Shown one piece after another: positions 18,669-28,355 of a DNA stretch of 64,000 nt. Position numbers and translations under genes: made by a program. The notes under the pieces are model-generated. The model was given only the letters and a program-made list of their open reading frames with translations. It was not told where the DNA came from and searched no databases. Source of the stretch: Alphaproteobacteria bacterium (lineage in GTDB: Bacteria > Pseudomonadota > Alphaproteobacteria > Rs-D84); contig JAWPOC010000014.1 in assembly GCA_033345235.1 (NCBI GenBank), positions 73,085-137,084 on the forward strand, read 5' to 3'. Every line of letters starts with the position of its first letter. Position 1 is the first letter of the stretch.

Positions 18669-21173
18669 ATGATGTTACGTAAAATATTATTTGTGATTTT
18701 TGGGTTGTTTATATCTGTTAACGCATATGCGATTAAACCTGCATACATAGACCCCAATGGTCATGCAATAAATGTTCAATGGCTGCATGAATTTATAAAA
18801 CAAGAACATGGTATCGATATTCCATATGGTTCGGACTTAGATTCCCCGAAACAAGTTGTAAATATGGAATATATGTTGAAAATCGTGGACATTGCGAACC
18901 AGTATTTAAACAAAGATGCGCCGAATTGGGTTCGAACGACGTATGGGGAAAATCCGGAATATGCGACAAAACAGGTTGCAAACACTGCCGCCGGTATATA
19001 TTGTGTTCGTAATTTGATAGAGCATTATTATTTCACTGTAACGACGACGGCAGACACGACCAGTTTTGAATTTAAAATTGGTGCCGCCGGCACATATCAT
19101 GTTGATTGGGGGGATGGTACACGCGACCATTATGATAAAACAGATACAAATCTGCGAACGATATCACACACATTTGCGTCTGCAGGTGCTCATAAAATTC
19201 GCATTGGCGGATATTCCCGCGCATATGGTGGTAACGCCGCGATAAGTTTTTCAGGAAATGTCCAATTGGCGGGTATCGCAGGCAGTTTAGGCAAGATTTT
19301 TTCAACATTAAAACCATCTTCCAGCCCAAGATTTACCGCAACATTTCTAAATTGTTCTAATTTAGAAAGTGAAATCCCACCGGAATTATTTAGCGGTATT
19401 CATACTTATGCAGCCACAGCAATTTTTCAACACACATTCCAAAATTGTTCTAAATTAAGTGGTGAATTACCGTCAAAATTATTCAGCGGTATCAAAGGTA
19501 CTGCATCATGGATGTTTGCATATACTTTTTACGGTTGTCGCGGGTTATCTGGATCTATACCGCCCAGATTTTTTGGGAATTTATCTGGTTCATTACAGTT
19601 TTGTATGTTCCGAGGCGTATTTTATGGTTGTTCTGGATTAACAGGCACAATCCCAAATGATTTGTTTCATGGATTAACACAGCGTCCATCATGGCATTAT
19701 GAGTTGGGCTATGTTTTTGAAAGTGCTTTTATGTATTGTTCTGGTTTAAGCGGTTCAATCCCACCCGATTTATTCAGATTCAAAGATAATGTTCCCCCAG
19801 AACAAGTTATGTTTACAGATACTTTTAGCGGGTGCACAGGATTGTCAGGTGAAATCCCAGGCGAATTATTTGCATCGATACGTGGTGCACCTAAAAATTC
19901 TACGTTTGCGGCAACCTTTGCAGGGTGTAAGAATTTGACTGGAATCCACAAGGATTTATTCAAGTACATAGAAGGTGTCCCTGCAGCAAATATGTTTTCG
20001 GCTACGTTTTCAAATTGTTCCGGATTACAAGGCAGTATTCCGCCAGAACTGTTTGCAAAAATTTCAGGTAAACCAGCATCTGGTATGTTCCAATATACAT
20101 TTCGTGGATGTTCGAGCATAAGTGGTACAATACCGGCAAATTTATTCGGTACATATAATTTACCAGAACATGTTCCAGCACCAAGTATGTTTGCATATAC
20201 TTTTAGTGGGTGTAAAAATCTGACAGGTATTTCGCCCGATTTATTTCGCGGGATTCAGGGCGCACCTGCCGCTGATATGTTTTCAAACACGTTCGCAGAT
20301 TGTACAAATCTGCAGGCTATCCCAGTTGGACTATTTGATGACATATCTGGGCCGGCCGCCATCAGAATGTATCAAGCAACGTTCAAAGGTTGCACTAATA
20401 TGCAAGGGTATATACCTTCAAAATTCTTTGGTACTTTTACAGATGGTGTATCACAAGAAAGTGTCCCACAAATTAATATGTTTAATTCGACCTTTAGTGG
20501 TTGTACAAATCTGGGAAAACCCCTGTCGGATTCTGTGACCCCAGAATATATTTTGGCAGGTTATGCAATCCCAGCAGACTTATTCTGGGGTATCAAGGGA
20601 CAACCGGTCGGTGCAATGTTTGCAAGTACTTTTAGCGGTTGTGCAAATTTATCTGGTAACATACCAGAACTGTTATTTAAAGATATCCAAGGAACCCCAG
20701 CAGATAGTATGTATCAAGGTACGTTTGGCGGGTGTTCTGGGTTAAATGGTTCTATACCGCGCAAATTGTTTGGCGATATTGATGGTAATCCAATAAATAT
20801 GATGTTCCATGGTACTTTTAAGGGGTGCAGTGGTTTAAGTGGCGCAATCCCAGGGGATTTATTTGGAAATTTATGGGGTGCGCCTGCAACTTATATGTTT
20901 TACGATACATTTAACGGTTGCAGCGGATTGGAATCTGTCGAAGATGGTTTGTTTGGCTCTATTTCTGGCGATATGAAGTATTATATGTTTGCATGGACAT
21001 TTAATGGTTGTACGTCTTTGACGGGGGCGTCCCCAAAAGTATATGTCGCAGAAGAGGGCGTATACAAGTATATGTACGAAGTTTGGCCCAATGCCACAAA
21101 TGGGCAAGTCCCAGCAGCCTACAGGGGTACCAAATTTACAGACTGGGCACAAATTCCGGCCATATGGAAATAA
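18669..21173 (+). CDS. secreted protein with ~17 tandem ~30-aa BspA/LRR_5-like repeats
   Basis: It has a signal peptide MMLRKILFVIFGLFISVNAYA. The repeat consensus is TFsGCsnLsGsIPxxLFxxIxGxPAxxMFxx. The gene starts 11 nt after paralog A behind a GGGGGTGG RBS. A terminator follows at 21176-21200. Confidence 0.7.
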   Translation: MMLRKILFVIFGLFISVNAYAIKPAYIDPNGHAINVQWLHEFIKQEHGIDIPYGSDLDSPKQVVNMEYMLKIVDIANQYLNKDAPNWVRTTYGENPEYATKQVANTAAGIYCVRNLIEHYYFTVTTTADTTSFEFKIGAAGTYHVDWGDGTRDHYDKTDTNLRTISHTFASAGAHKIRIGGYSRAYGGNAAISFSGNVQLAGIAGSLGKIFSTLKPSSSPRFTATFLNCSNLESEIPPELFSGIHTYAATAIFQHTFQNCSKLSGELPSKLFSGIKGTASWMFAYTFYGCRGLSGSIPPRFFGNLSGSLQFCMFRGVFYGCSGLTGTIPNDLFHGLTQRPSWHYELGYVFESAFMYCSGLSGSIPPDLFRFKDNVPPEQVMFTDTFSGCTGLSGEIPGELFASIRGAPKNSTFAATFAGCKNLTGIHKDLFKYIEGVPAANMFSATFSNCSGLQGSIPPELFAKISGKPASGMFQYTFRGCSSISGTIPANLFGTYNLPEHVPAPSMFAYTFSGCKNLTGISPDLFRGIQGAPAADMFSNTFADCTNLQAIPVGLFDDISGPAAIRMYQATFKGCTNMQGYIPSKFFGTFTDGVSQESVPQINMFNSTFSGCTNLGKPLSDSVTPEYILAGYAIPADLFWGIKGQPVGAMFASTFSGCANLSGNIPELLFKDIQGTPADSMYQGTFGGCSGLNGSIPRKLFGDIDGNPINMMFHGTFKGCSGLSGAIPGDLFGNLWGAPATYMFYDTFNGCSGLESVEDGLFGSISGDMKYYMFAWTFNGCTSLTGASPKVYVAEEGVYKYMYEVWPNATNGQVPAAYRGTKFTDWAQIPAIWK

Positions 21174-21588
21174 TAAAAATGCCCAAATTGGGCATTTTTA
21201 TTTTATTGTTTTATATAATCCAGATGGGGTTTGGATGGTTATATTGCGCAGTCCAATCGCGCGCTTGCACAATTGTACGCATGTCCAAATATCGCGTGTA
21301 TTTATATTGTTTAACATATCACCCGTCAGATATACAAATCGCCATCCATATCGCTGTAAGATTCTTATATCTCGCATATTTAATTTGATTTTTACGATAT
21401 TATTATGTGATACAAATTGATGCATTACCAATGTGTTATTATGCACAGATATTGGCGCACAGTGCTTTATTTTCCCGCATAATATTTTCGGCAGTATTTT
21501 CGATGTTTTATCAGAAAAAGCGATGATTATCATATTTTATCCTTAGTTTTAAAAGTATCGCCGGTGTATTTGCCGGCGATGTTTTCAA

Positions 21589-21930
21589 TTAATCAATCCA
21601 GCCATGTTTTTGTGCTGCGTTTTGCAGAACTTGCATTGCGCGATTCCATTGATCCGCAGCGCGATTTTCACTCCATATATGCTGATGTGGGGCGCGACGT
21701 TTATCGCCGAATTTTTTCATTACACATAATTGTTCTTCGGTAATTTTCCCAGACAGATATAATTTTGTAATCATTGTTTCCACATCTAATATTTCACATG
21801 GGCGGCGTGTTTGTGTTGCGTGCATTCTGGTAAAATTATTTCGAACAGATTTGGAATATAAAAACCAAAACCACATTTGTTCGGCTGATTGAAATTTTTC
21901 GACAGATGCTATTGTCATTGCAGAGTTCAT
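21589..21930 (-). CDS. hypothetical protein (113 aa, no signal peptide)
   Basis: The ORF has its own terminator hairpin at 21550-21585. I recognise no motif. Confidence 0.35.
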   Translation of the reverse strand: MNSAMTIASVEKFQSAEQMWFWFLYSKSVRNNFTRMHATQTRRPCEILDVETMITKLYLSGKITEEQLCVMKKFGDKRRAPHQHIWSENRAADQWNRAMQVLQNAAQKHGWID

Positions 21931-22218
21931 TTTTTCTTTCTCCTTTGGTTAATTTAATTCGTTTACATATATAGTCTAAGAAAAGATTCCTGTTAATCAC
22001 TACAACCGTCAGTTGAAACGTGAATCGGAAAATAGATTCGGTTTTGAAATTTATGTGTGTGTGCACGAATCGTTGTTTTCTTGTTGACCATATGTTTTGA
22101 TTTAATAAAAAAAAGTGCGCGATATTGCGCACAAAAAGTATTGTTTTTTGTATGTTTTTATATTGTGTTTTATCCTTTTGGTTTGTATATTAAATAACCC
22201 GCCGTTCGGCGGGTTTTG

Positions 22219-24669
22219 TTATATCAACGGCGGGAAACAGTCGCCACTGCCTTCGGGACAGCACGCATATTGACTGCCGGTTGCTTCATCGATATATCCC
22301 ATATCTGTGTAGACTTCGCCTGCACAGCAACCATTTGCATCAGGTAAATTACCATCTGTGCATGTCAGTGTACCTGCGCCTGCAGATTCTTCGGCCGGTA
22401 TATCTGACGCAGCTGGTTTTGGTGCAGGTTCAAATGGATTTTGAATACTGCCATCTTGGTTATATGTCAGATCCAAAATTTGTTCATTATAAGTCTTTGA
22501 ATATTTACCGCCTGTGGCTGCAACACTTTTTTCATTCGAGCTGTCTTGTTGATTTTGGAACAGCGCTTCTTGTTTTGCATTATTTTTCGCCTGATATTGT
22601 GACGACTGGCAATAGAACAAGATTGTTCGATAATCGTATCCATCGCAGCTGCTGGGGTTGCATCTGCTTTGATTAACTGTACCGTCATCATTACAATATT
22701 CATTAACTGCAAACGAACGAACCTGACCAACCCAAGAGCCATCATCGGCTGGGGTTGTACTATGTGCCCACCCATCCAATCGACTTTCGTTTCCATAGCC
22801 CAAAGAACATTTTTTTCCATCACTTTCTGGGCCACAAGATGCGATTAAATCAACAGGTGAATATACTGTGATACGTGTGCCAGCCGCGATTGTAAATGGT
22901 GGAACAGTGTTATCCATCATATCGACCAATAATTTTTGTGCAACCTGATTCCATGCAGTTATAATCTGATTTTTTGCCAATTCAGAAGAACGTACCGTAC
23001 CGCTTTGCACAACAGTATTGTTATCCAAGTCAATTTGATTAACAAATGCATCTGACACCGGGGCAATCAAATTTACTGCCGCAGGCACAATTGCTGTTAA
23101 CATTGGCATAAAGAATTGTTCCAGATAATCTGAACTGCCATAACCTGGGATACCTGTGCGGCCTTGGGCGTCGCCTGAAAAAGGAGAGTTCCCATCTTTA
23201 AAATTATATTCAACACCATTTGGCAATATAAATTGGTACCAATTTATATTCATACGTCCCACAGATGTATATGGCCCTGGCAATTCACCAGAAATATACC
23301 CCATTAATAATGTTCCGGTTGGGATTATAACATTGCGTCCATCATCAGAATAAACGTTTCTGTCGACGGTTGCACGAACAGGCAAGTGGTTGTTTTTTAA
23401 TGCCTGTGGATCTGCGCGAACATCTGACACAATTGTTGCAGGAATTGGTTTGAATTGACGCAATATAAATTGTCTGTCGAATGCGCGTGTTGATTTTACG
23501 GCGGACCCCATACCAGACCCAAGGTATTTTTTGTTATCTTCTTCTGTTTTGCGAACAAATTCAGACAGTGGTCTGTCATCGCCAATATGTCTGGCGCCCG
23601 CGGATGCAGGCAATTCGTCGGGCGTGACATCCAATTGTTGTGCGCGATATTCTGTTTTTACTGCGGGTGCATTAGATAATGTTGGCAATATTCCAGATAT
23701 AACAGTACTGAAACCCATATGTTCTGCATCTGTGCCAATTTTTTTCCCAGGGTTATTAATATCTGTGATAATACCATTGTCCGGATTATAGATACCGGTT
23801 GGTCTGGTACAATTTGTGTCAGAGAAAGGATGGAACTTATATGTTCCCGCCTCTGGCTTAATCCAGCCAATTTGACGACCGAAATTGTCATATCCTGCAA
23901 ATGCGAAATCAGAACATGCCTCTGGTGGGCGGGTATACACAGGTTCTGCGGGACGTCCAAAAGACCCAACCGATGGCGCAATAGATTCTATTTCGTTTTT
24001 GATTGTGCGTTTTATATTGCTTGGTTCATATTCTTCTTCATAAGATGCGTCGTATGAAAAATCATCATATGAATCAATTGGTTCATCTTCGTATTCTGTA
24101 TCGTATGTCGATGTGTACGAAGATTTATAGTCTGGTTCTTTTTCCACAGGTGCAGGCTGTGATGTTACAGGCGCTGTTGCACCCAATGTAACGACAATCT
24201 TAGATGTTTTTTTCATTGCATCTGTTTCATCTGCGTCATGCCATGTAACATAAATAATAGTCTGTTCCACAGGGGATGCCACAGTTGGTTCATACTTTAA
24301 ATTTATTGTACAATATTGCTGCGGTGTGACCAAGAAATCATTACAAATGTTCATCACAGTCAGACCTTTGATAGCCCTTTCTTGTTTTACATCGATAACT
24401 TTAACAGGCGCAGTTGCAGATATATTGATTTTTTTTTCTTGGATTTGATTAACCAACATATCAGACCAATTTATAACATCTGGGATAATATTTATCTCTG
24501 CTGCGGCGCGGTTAATGTTTGCAAGTTCTGTTTTTTTATTGTTTTTTCCAGACATTAACAAAGTTATCAATATTATCACCACAACAAACGCTGCAACCAG
24601 CAATAACCACTGGACGCGTTTAGGTGTATTTGCGCGCATATCTGAAAACTGTTTTTTTAATTTTCCCAT
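22219..24669 (-). CDS. VirB10/TrbI-like type IV secretion protein with long N-terminal region and Cys-rich C-terminal extension
   Basis: It has an N-terminal TM anchor and an acidic Y/D/E-rich linker. The core RATVDRNVYSDDGRNVIIPTGTLLMGYISG...GRMNINWYQFILPNGVEYNF...VPPFTIAAGTRITVYSPVDL aligns to the A. tumefaciens VirB10 C-terminal barrel. It is 816 aa, versus about 380-480 typically. A terminator hairpin follows at 22196-22216. Confidence 0.75.
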   Translation of the reverse strand: MGKLKKQFSDMRANTPKRVQWLLLVAAFVVVIILITLLMSGKNNKKTELANINRAAAEINIIPDVINWSDMLVNQIQEKKINISATAPVKVIDVKQERAIKGLTVMNICNDFLVTPQQYCTINLKYEPTVASPVEQTIIYVTWHDADETDAMKKTSKIVVTLGATAPVTSQPAPVEKEPDYKSSYTSTYDTEYEDEPIDSYDDFSYDASYEEEYEPSNIKRTIKNEIESIAPSVGSFGRPAEPVYTRPPEACSDFAFAGYDNFGRQIGWIKPEAGTYKFHPFSDTNCTRPTGIYNPDNGIITDINNPGKKIGTDAEHMGFSTVISGILPTLSNAPAVKTEYRAQQLDVTPDELPASAGARHIGDDRPLSEFVRKTEEDNKKYLGSGMGSAVKSTRAFDRQFILRQFKPIPATIVSDVRADPQALKNNHLPVRATVDRNVYSDDGRNVIIPTGTLLMGYISGELPGPYTSVGRMNINWYQFILPNGVEYNFKDGNSPFSGDAQGRTGIPGYGSSDYLEQFFMPMLTAIVPAAVNLIAPVSDAFVNQIDLDNNTVVQSGTVRSSELAKNQIITAWNQVAQKLLVDMMDNTVPPFTIAAGTRITVYSPVDLIASCGPESDGKKCSLGYGNESRLDGWAHSTTPADDGSWVGQVRSFAVNEYCNDDGTVNQSRCNPSSCDGYDYRTILFYCQSSQYQAKNNAKQEALFQNQQDSSNEKSVAATGGKYSKTYNEQILDLTYNQDGSIQNPFEPAPKPAASDIPAEESAGAGTLTCTDGNLPDANGCCAGEVYTDMGYIDEATGSQYACCPEGSGDCFPPLI

Positions 24670-24703
24670 TACAATAACCCACCGATTTAGTTTTTATTAT
24701 GCT

Positions 24704-26257
24704 TTATTGCATTCTGACAACACTGCATGTTTCTTGGCCACCAGTGTACTTTATCAGTTTGTCACATAATGTTTGTGCAGCACTAATATCAGATATTGGG
24801 CCAATGCGCAGACGGTACATTCTGGCGGCAGATGATGCAGTACCTAAATCGCCGACACCTTCGGCATCAACTGCAAAGAATACCATATCTTTGTACGGTG
24901 TTAATATACCGCTGCCTTCACTGCCGCTAAATTTAGCCAACAGATTTGTCCAATGATCTTCTAAGGCTTTGACGTTTGTATCAGACTTTAATTCAACTGC
25001 AACGCCAACCTGGTTACTGGAAATCAAAGGAATGTTTGTTTGTGGTAAATATGAACCCGCAGTATTTCTGACAGTTGGCAACATATTTACAACACTGCCC
25101 GAAGAGGTTGTTGGTTGTGGCGCGGTATACGTGCCATAGCCCGCAGGCATATAGTAACCTGCACCTGTTACAGGGTTAACAGTTCCTGTATTTCCCATAT
25201 ACATTGGTGTGCCGGTATAATTCATACCCATGCTCATTGCGGCCATATCTTGTGTGTATGCGATGTTGTTCAAAGATTGACCAGATAACATACTTTGTGC
25301 AACATTTGCTTCGGCCAAGGCCATAACAGATGCAGTGTCCGCAATCAAGAATGGTTTTTCGCGTCTTTTGATACAGACAATTCTTTGACCGCTGCGCAAA
25401 ACCATATCGCCAACAGCTTCGACGATTAACAGTCTGCCATCTTCGCCATCTGTACGGAATCCAACAGGTGATTCCCCACCTTCGACCAGCAATGAAACAA
25501 CCGGTCTTTGTGTCATAGATATAACCTTGTCACCAAAGTCAATATATGTAAAGATTCTGTCGCGCCATACGCGTTCTGGGGCAATGACATAATCATCTGG
25601 ATTTGGAACAAATATATCTAAATCAAAACGGAATTCAGATGGATCGATTTTCATAGATTTAATCCAACCATAATCTTCGCCATCGACACCAACTGTATTT
25701 GTTGTTTTTGCCGCCTTGTTAAAGATTGACTTTGCACTGCCTGTTGCAGATGTTGTTGCAGCCATCGGCAATTTGCCGTTGCCATCCAATGTGATGTCAA
25801 CCTGAGAATATGTGATTTCACTGGAATTAGATGGTTCGCTGCGTAAATAAAATATATATTTGTTACCAGATTGACCTGTTACAATCATATTTGTGTCAGA
25901 ACCCTGATTTGACCCTTCTGGTGATATAAACATTGTGCGATCGCCTGGGGTGGCTTGGATGTCGAATAAACCGCTGTTACCGACAATTGCGTCAGAAATT
26001 TGTTCGCCATTTGGCAAGTTAATCATCGTAACCATACCGTTACGTAACTTGATTGGTAATACAGAACCCGCAGACCAAGCCAATTGAGCGTATCCAGGTT
26101 TTACACTGCCGGCAGCCATATTTGCATTTGGGTTATCCCACGCAGATTGAATACCGTAATTCATACCGTACTCATTTGCGTTTGCGCCACATATAACCAA
26201 TGCACCCATCATGCAAAATAATGGTAAATTAAATCTGATTCTATTTAACAAAGTCAT
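24704..26257 (-). CDS. VirB9/TrbG-like secretion protein fused to a C-terminal SPOR peptidoglycan-binding domain
   Basis: The signal peptide is MTLLNRIRFNLPLFCMMGALVICGANA, and the start is chosen at 26257 with a GGAAGGA RBS. The N-domain motif is TNMIVTGQSGNKYIFYLRS (VirB9 TNLxVxTxxRxYxFxL). The C-domain is RVWRDRIFTYIDFGDKV...LLIVEAVGDMVLRSG. A Ser/Gly/Thr-rich linker precedes a terminal SPOR-like segment MYRLRIGPISDISAAQTLCDKLIKYTGGQETCSVV. Confidence 0.75.
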   Translation of the reverse strand: MTLLNRIRFNLPLFCMMGALVICGANANEYGMNYGIQSAWDNPNANMAAGSVKPGYAQLAWSAGSVLPIKLRNGMVTMINLPNGEQISDAIVGNSGLFDIQATPGDRTMFISPEGSNQGSDTNMIVTGQSGNKYIFYLRSEPSNSSEITYSQVDITLDGNGKLPMAATTSATGSAKSIFNKAAKTTNTVGVDGEDYGWIKSMKIDPSEFRFDLDIFVPNPDDYVIAPERVWRDRIFTYIDFGDKVISMTQRPVVSLLVEGGESPVGFRTDGEDGRLLIVEAVGDMVLRSGQRIVCIKRREKPFLIADTASVMALAEANVAQSMLSGQSLNNIAYTQDMAAMSMGMNYTGTPMYMGNTGTVNPVTGAGYYMPAGYGTYTAPQPTTSSGSVVNMLPTVRNTAGSYLPQTNIPLISSNQVGVAVELKSDTNVKALEDHWTNLLAKFSGSEGSGILTPYKDMVFFAVDAEGVGDLGTASSAARMYRLRIGPISDISAAQTLCDKLIKYTGGQETCSVVRMQ

Positions 26258-26285
26258 ACCAATCCTTCCCATTTTTTGTTTTCTT

Positions 26286-26951
26286 TTAGTTCTGCATAAA
26301 TCCTGTATCCAACGGGTCGCCATTTTCAGATATTATCTCATATTCTGAAACACGCATGCCCAACGGATTTTCGATTTTGTTAGCCCATTTTATTTTTGTG
26401 TTATCTTGTGTCTCAATTTTTATACGTATTGTATAATCTTTTTGCGTTGCAGGTCTAGTAGAATCTTTACAAAAATAGCGAAAAGTTACCTGATAAGTAT
26501 CTTTGCTGATTGGTAACGGTTCGCCATCAAAGAAAACGTCGCATTGTAAATTGTAACTCGGCGTATCGTTCATAATAGTATTAAATGCAGATGTGTTGAT
26601 AAAATCAGTGTACACGCCATCCGTAGACATGTTTCTGACAAAGCCATCAACGCTGTTCCATTTTTTTGTCATTACCTTAGCATTACTGCGGATTTCGTTT
26701 CTGTGTTTTACATATTCGCGCACCAAAGATTTCTTGTAAATATCCAAATGTTCACTTTTTGGCGGCATTTGTACCAGCTTTATATCCTGATCAGCGCGCG
26801 TTGTGGTTGTTAAAAAGAATATTTGTGGTCTGTTCAGTGGAAACATTTTGTCCAGTGTAAACACCAATGCGCCCAATACAACCAATGACATTGCAAGCAC
26901 GAATGTTAACAGTCTTGATATTAAAACTGGCGGTTTTACGCGGTTTTGCAC
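26286..26951 (-). CDS. VirB8-like protein (bitopic, NTF2-like periplasmic domain)
   Basis: It has a short cytoplasmic N-terminus, one TM helix and a ~170-aa periplasmic domain containing LVREYVKHRNEI. The architecture and gene order (B8-B9-B10) support the call. Confidence 0.5.
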   Translation of the reverse strand: MQNRVKPPVLISRLLTFVLAMSLVVLGALVFTLDKMFPLNRPQIFFLTTTTRADQDIKLVQMPPKSEHLDIYKKSLVREYVKHRNEIRSNAKVMTKKWNSVDGFVRNMSTDGVYTDFINTSAFNTIMNDTPSYNLQCDVFFDGEPLPISKDTYQVTFRYFCKDSTRPATQKDYTIRIKIETQDNTKIKWANKIENPLGMRVSEYEIISENGDPLDTGFMQN

Positions 26952-27183
26952 GAAATTCTCCCCTTTGTATGGGTTGATTGTAGAAAAAAATGCACGTGTT
27001 ATGCAAGGAAAATTTTTGGTTAAATCAATTAAATAAAATAATTGTAAATATGATTTTGTGCTTGCTCTGGAATAGTAAAAATATTATAATATTTCCGCTT
27101 GATTTTTTGTATTCGTGTGCTATCCTGACGCAGACTATTGTATGGCATGCGGTACATTGACGGGTGTTGTATACTGTTATAAT

Positions 27184-27257
27184 AGGGGCATAGTTCAACG
27201 GTAGAATATCGGTCTCCAAAACCGCGGATGAGGGTTCGATTCCTTCTGCCCCTGCCA
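27184..27257 (+). tRNA. tRNA-Trp (anticodon CCA)
   Basis: The cloverleaf folds by hand. The acceptor is AGGGGCA/UGCCCCU. The anticodon loop is CUCCAAA. The T-loop is UUCGAUU. A TTGACG...TATAAT promoter lies upstream. Confidence 0.9.
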
Positions 27258-27299
27258 CGAAATAGTTAGTAAAAACAATGTAATAATTGGGCGATTTTT

Positions 27300-27479
27300 A
27301 TGAAAAAAGTGCTGGATTTTTTAAAGACGGTTCGCAGTGAGTGGTTTAAAATTGTGTGGCCATCACGCGACACTGTTATTAACGCAACGATAAAGATTTT
27401 AGTGTTTTCCGCTGCGGCGACATTATTCTTTTTTGTTGTGGATAGTTTGTTGAACGCACTTGTTGGGTGGATTTTCTAA
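27300..27479 (+). CDS. secE: preprotein translocase subunit SecE
   Basis: 59 aa with a single TM helix. The sequence is MKKVLDFLKTVRSEWFKIVWPSRDTV. The position between tRNA-Trp and nusG is canonical. Confidence 0.8.
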   Translation: MKKVLDFLKTVRSEWFKIVWPSRDTVINATIKILVFSAAATLFFFVVDSLLNALVGWIF

Positions 27480-27500
27480 AACGGGCAAAGGAAGTGTAAA

Positions 27501-28034
27501 ATGGAAGAAAAAATGCAGTGGTTTGTCGTTAATGTTCACAGTGGTTGTGAAGATAAAGTTGCGCGTGGTTTGCGCGAGCAGATTGATAAGCGTCGTTTGA
27601 ATGCTTTCTTTGGTGAAATTTTGGTTCCTACACGTGAAGTTACTGAGATTAAGGCCGGTAAGCGTGTTAAGGCAGAAAGAAAATTTTTCCCAGGCTACAT
27701 TGTTGTTCAAATGGTAATGAATAATGAAACTTTCTCGTTGGTAAAGTTGATGCCTCAGGTTGTTATGTTCTTGGGTGCGAAACAAAAGCCAATCCCAGTT
27801 AGCGAAGAAGAAGCGCGTCGTTTGCTAAAGCAGGTTGAAGAAGGTGCGGTGGCTATGGACGATGTTGTATACGAAGTTGGTCAAGAAGTTCATGTTATTG
27901 ATGGGCCTTTTGCTGGGTTTAATGGTATTGCGTCCGAAGTTGATAATGTAAAACAAAAAATGACTGTAACGATATTGGTGTTCGGTCGTGAAACATCTGT
28001 TGAATTGGACTTTGAACAGGTTGAACGGGTATAA
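27501..28034 (+). CDS. nusG: transcription termination/antitermination factor NusG
   Basis: It has an NGN domain and a KOW domain, with MQWFVVNVHSGCEDKV at the N-terminus. Confidence 0.95.
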   Translation: MEEKMQWFVVNVHSGCEDKVARGLREQIDKRRLNAFFGEILVPTREVTEIKAGKRVKAERKFFPGYIVVQMVMNNETFSLVKLMPQVVMFLGAKQKPIPVSEEEARRLLKQVEEGAVAMDDVVYEVGQEVHVIDGPFAGFNGIASEVDNVKQKMTVTILVFGRETSVELDFEQVERV

Positions 28035-28036
28035 GG

Positions 28037-28201
28037 ATGCAAAAATTTCTGTCGTTTGATGATAGTCCTGTAAAAGAAAAAGTGGAAATACCGACAGAAT
28101 ATAGTGCGTATTTGGAAAAATGCTGGGATGAGGCAAGAAAACGACAAATGCGTGCATGGCAAGAATTAGGAAATAAATTAATTGTGTTTTATACGAGGTA
28201 A
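28037..28201 (+). CDS. small ORF (54 aa), hypothetical, inserted between nusG and rplK
   Basis: A TAAGGA RBS lies upstream. I recognise no motif. It is not in the ORF track because it is shorter than 60 aa. Confidence 0.25.
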   Translation: MQKFLSFDDSPVKEKVEIPTEYSAYLEKCWDEARKRQMRAWQELGNKLIVFYTR

Positions 28202-28208
28202 AAATAGA

Positions 28209-28355
28209 ATGCAGTTAATAAGAACAGAAGATGGTAAATTAAAAGTCGTATGTTCTAAGGATTTTGTGTCCAGATTGGTTAAACAATATAAAATTGTTCA
28301 AAGATATAAACCGATTGTGCACGATGCTTTGTTGCGACAGGTAAGAGAAAGATAA
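28209..28355 (+). CDS. small ORF (48 aa), hypothetical, inserted between nusG and rplK
   Basis: A GAGGT RBS lies upstream. The protein is basic. I recognise no motif. Confidence 0.25.
   Translation: MQLIRTEDGKLKVVCSKDFVSRLVKQYKIVQRYKPIVHDALLRQVRER

Noticed and set aside
27025-27258. 77-aa minus-strand ORF (MAGAEGIEPSS...)
   Set aside because: It lies exactly antisense to tRNA-Trp. This is the classic spurious ORF created by tRNA sequence.
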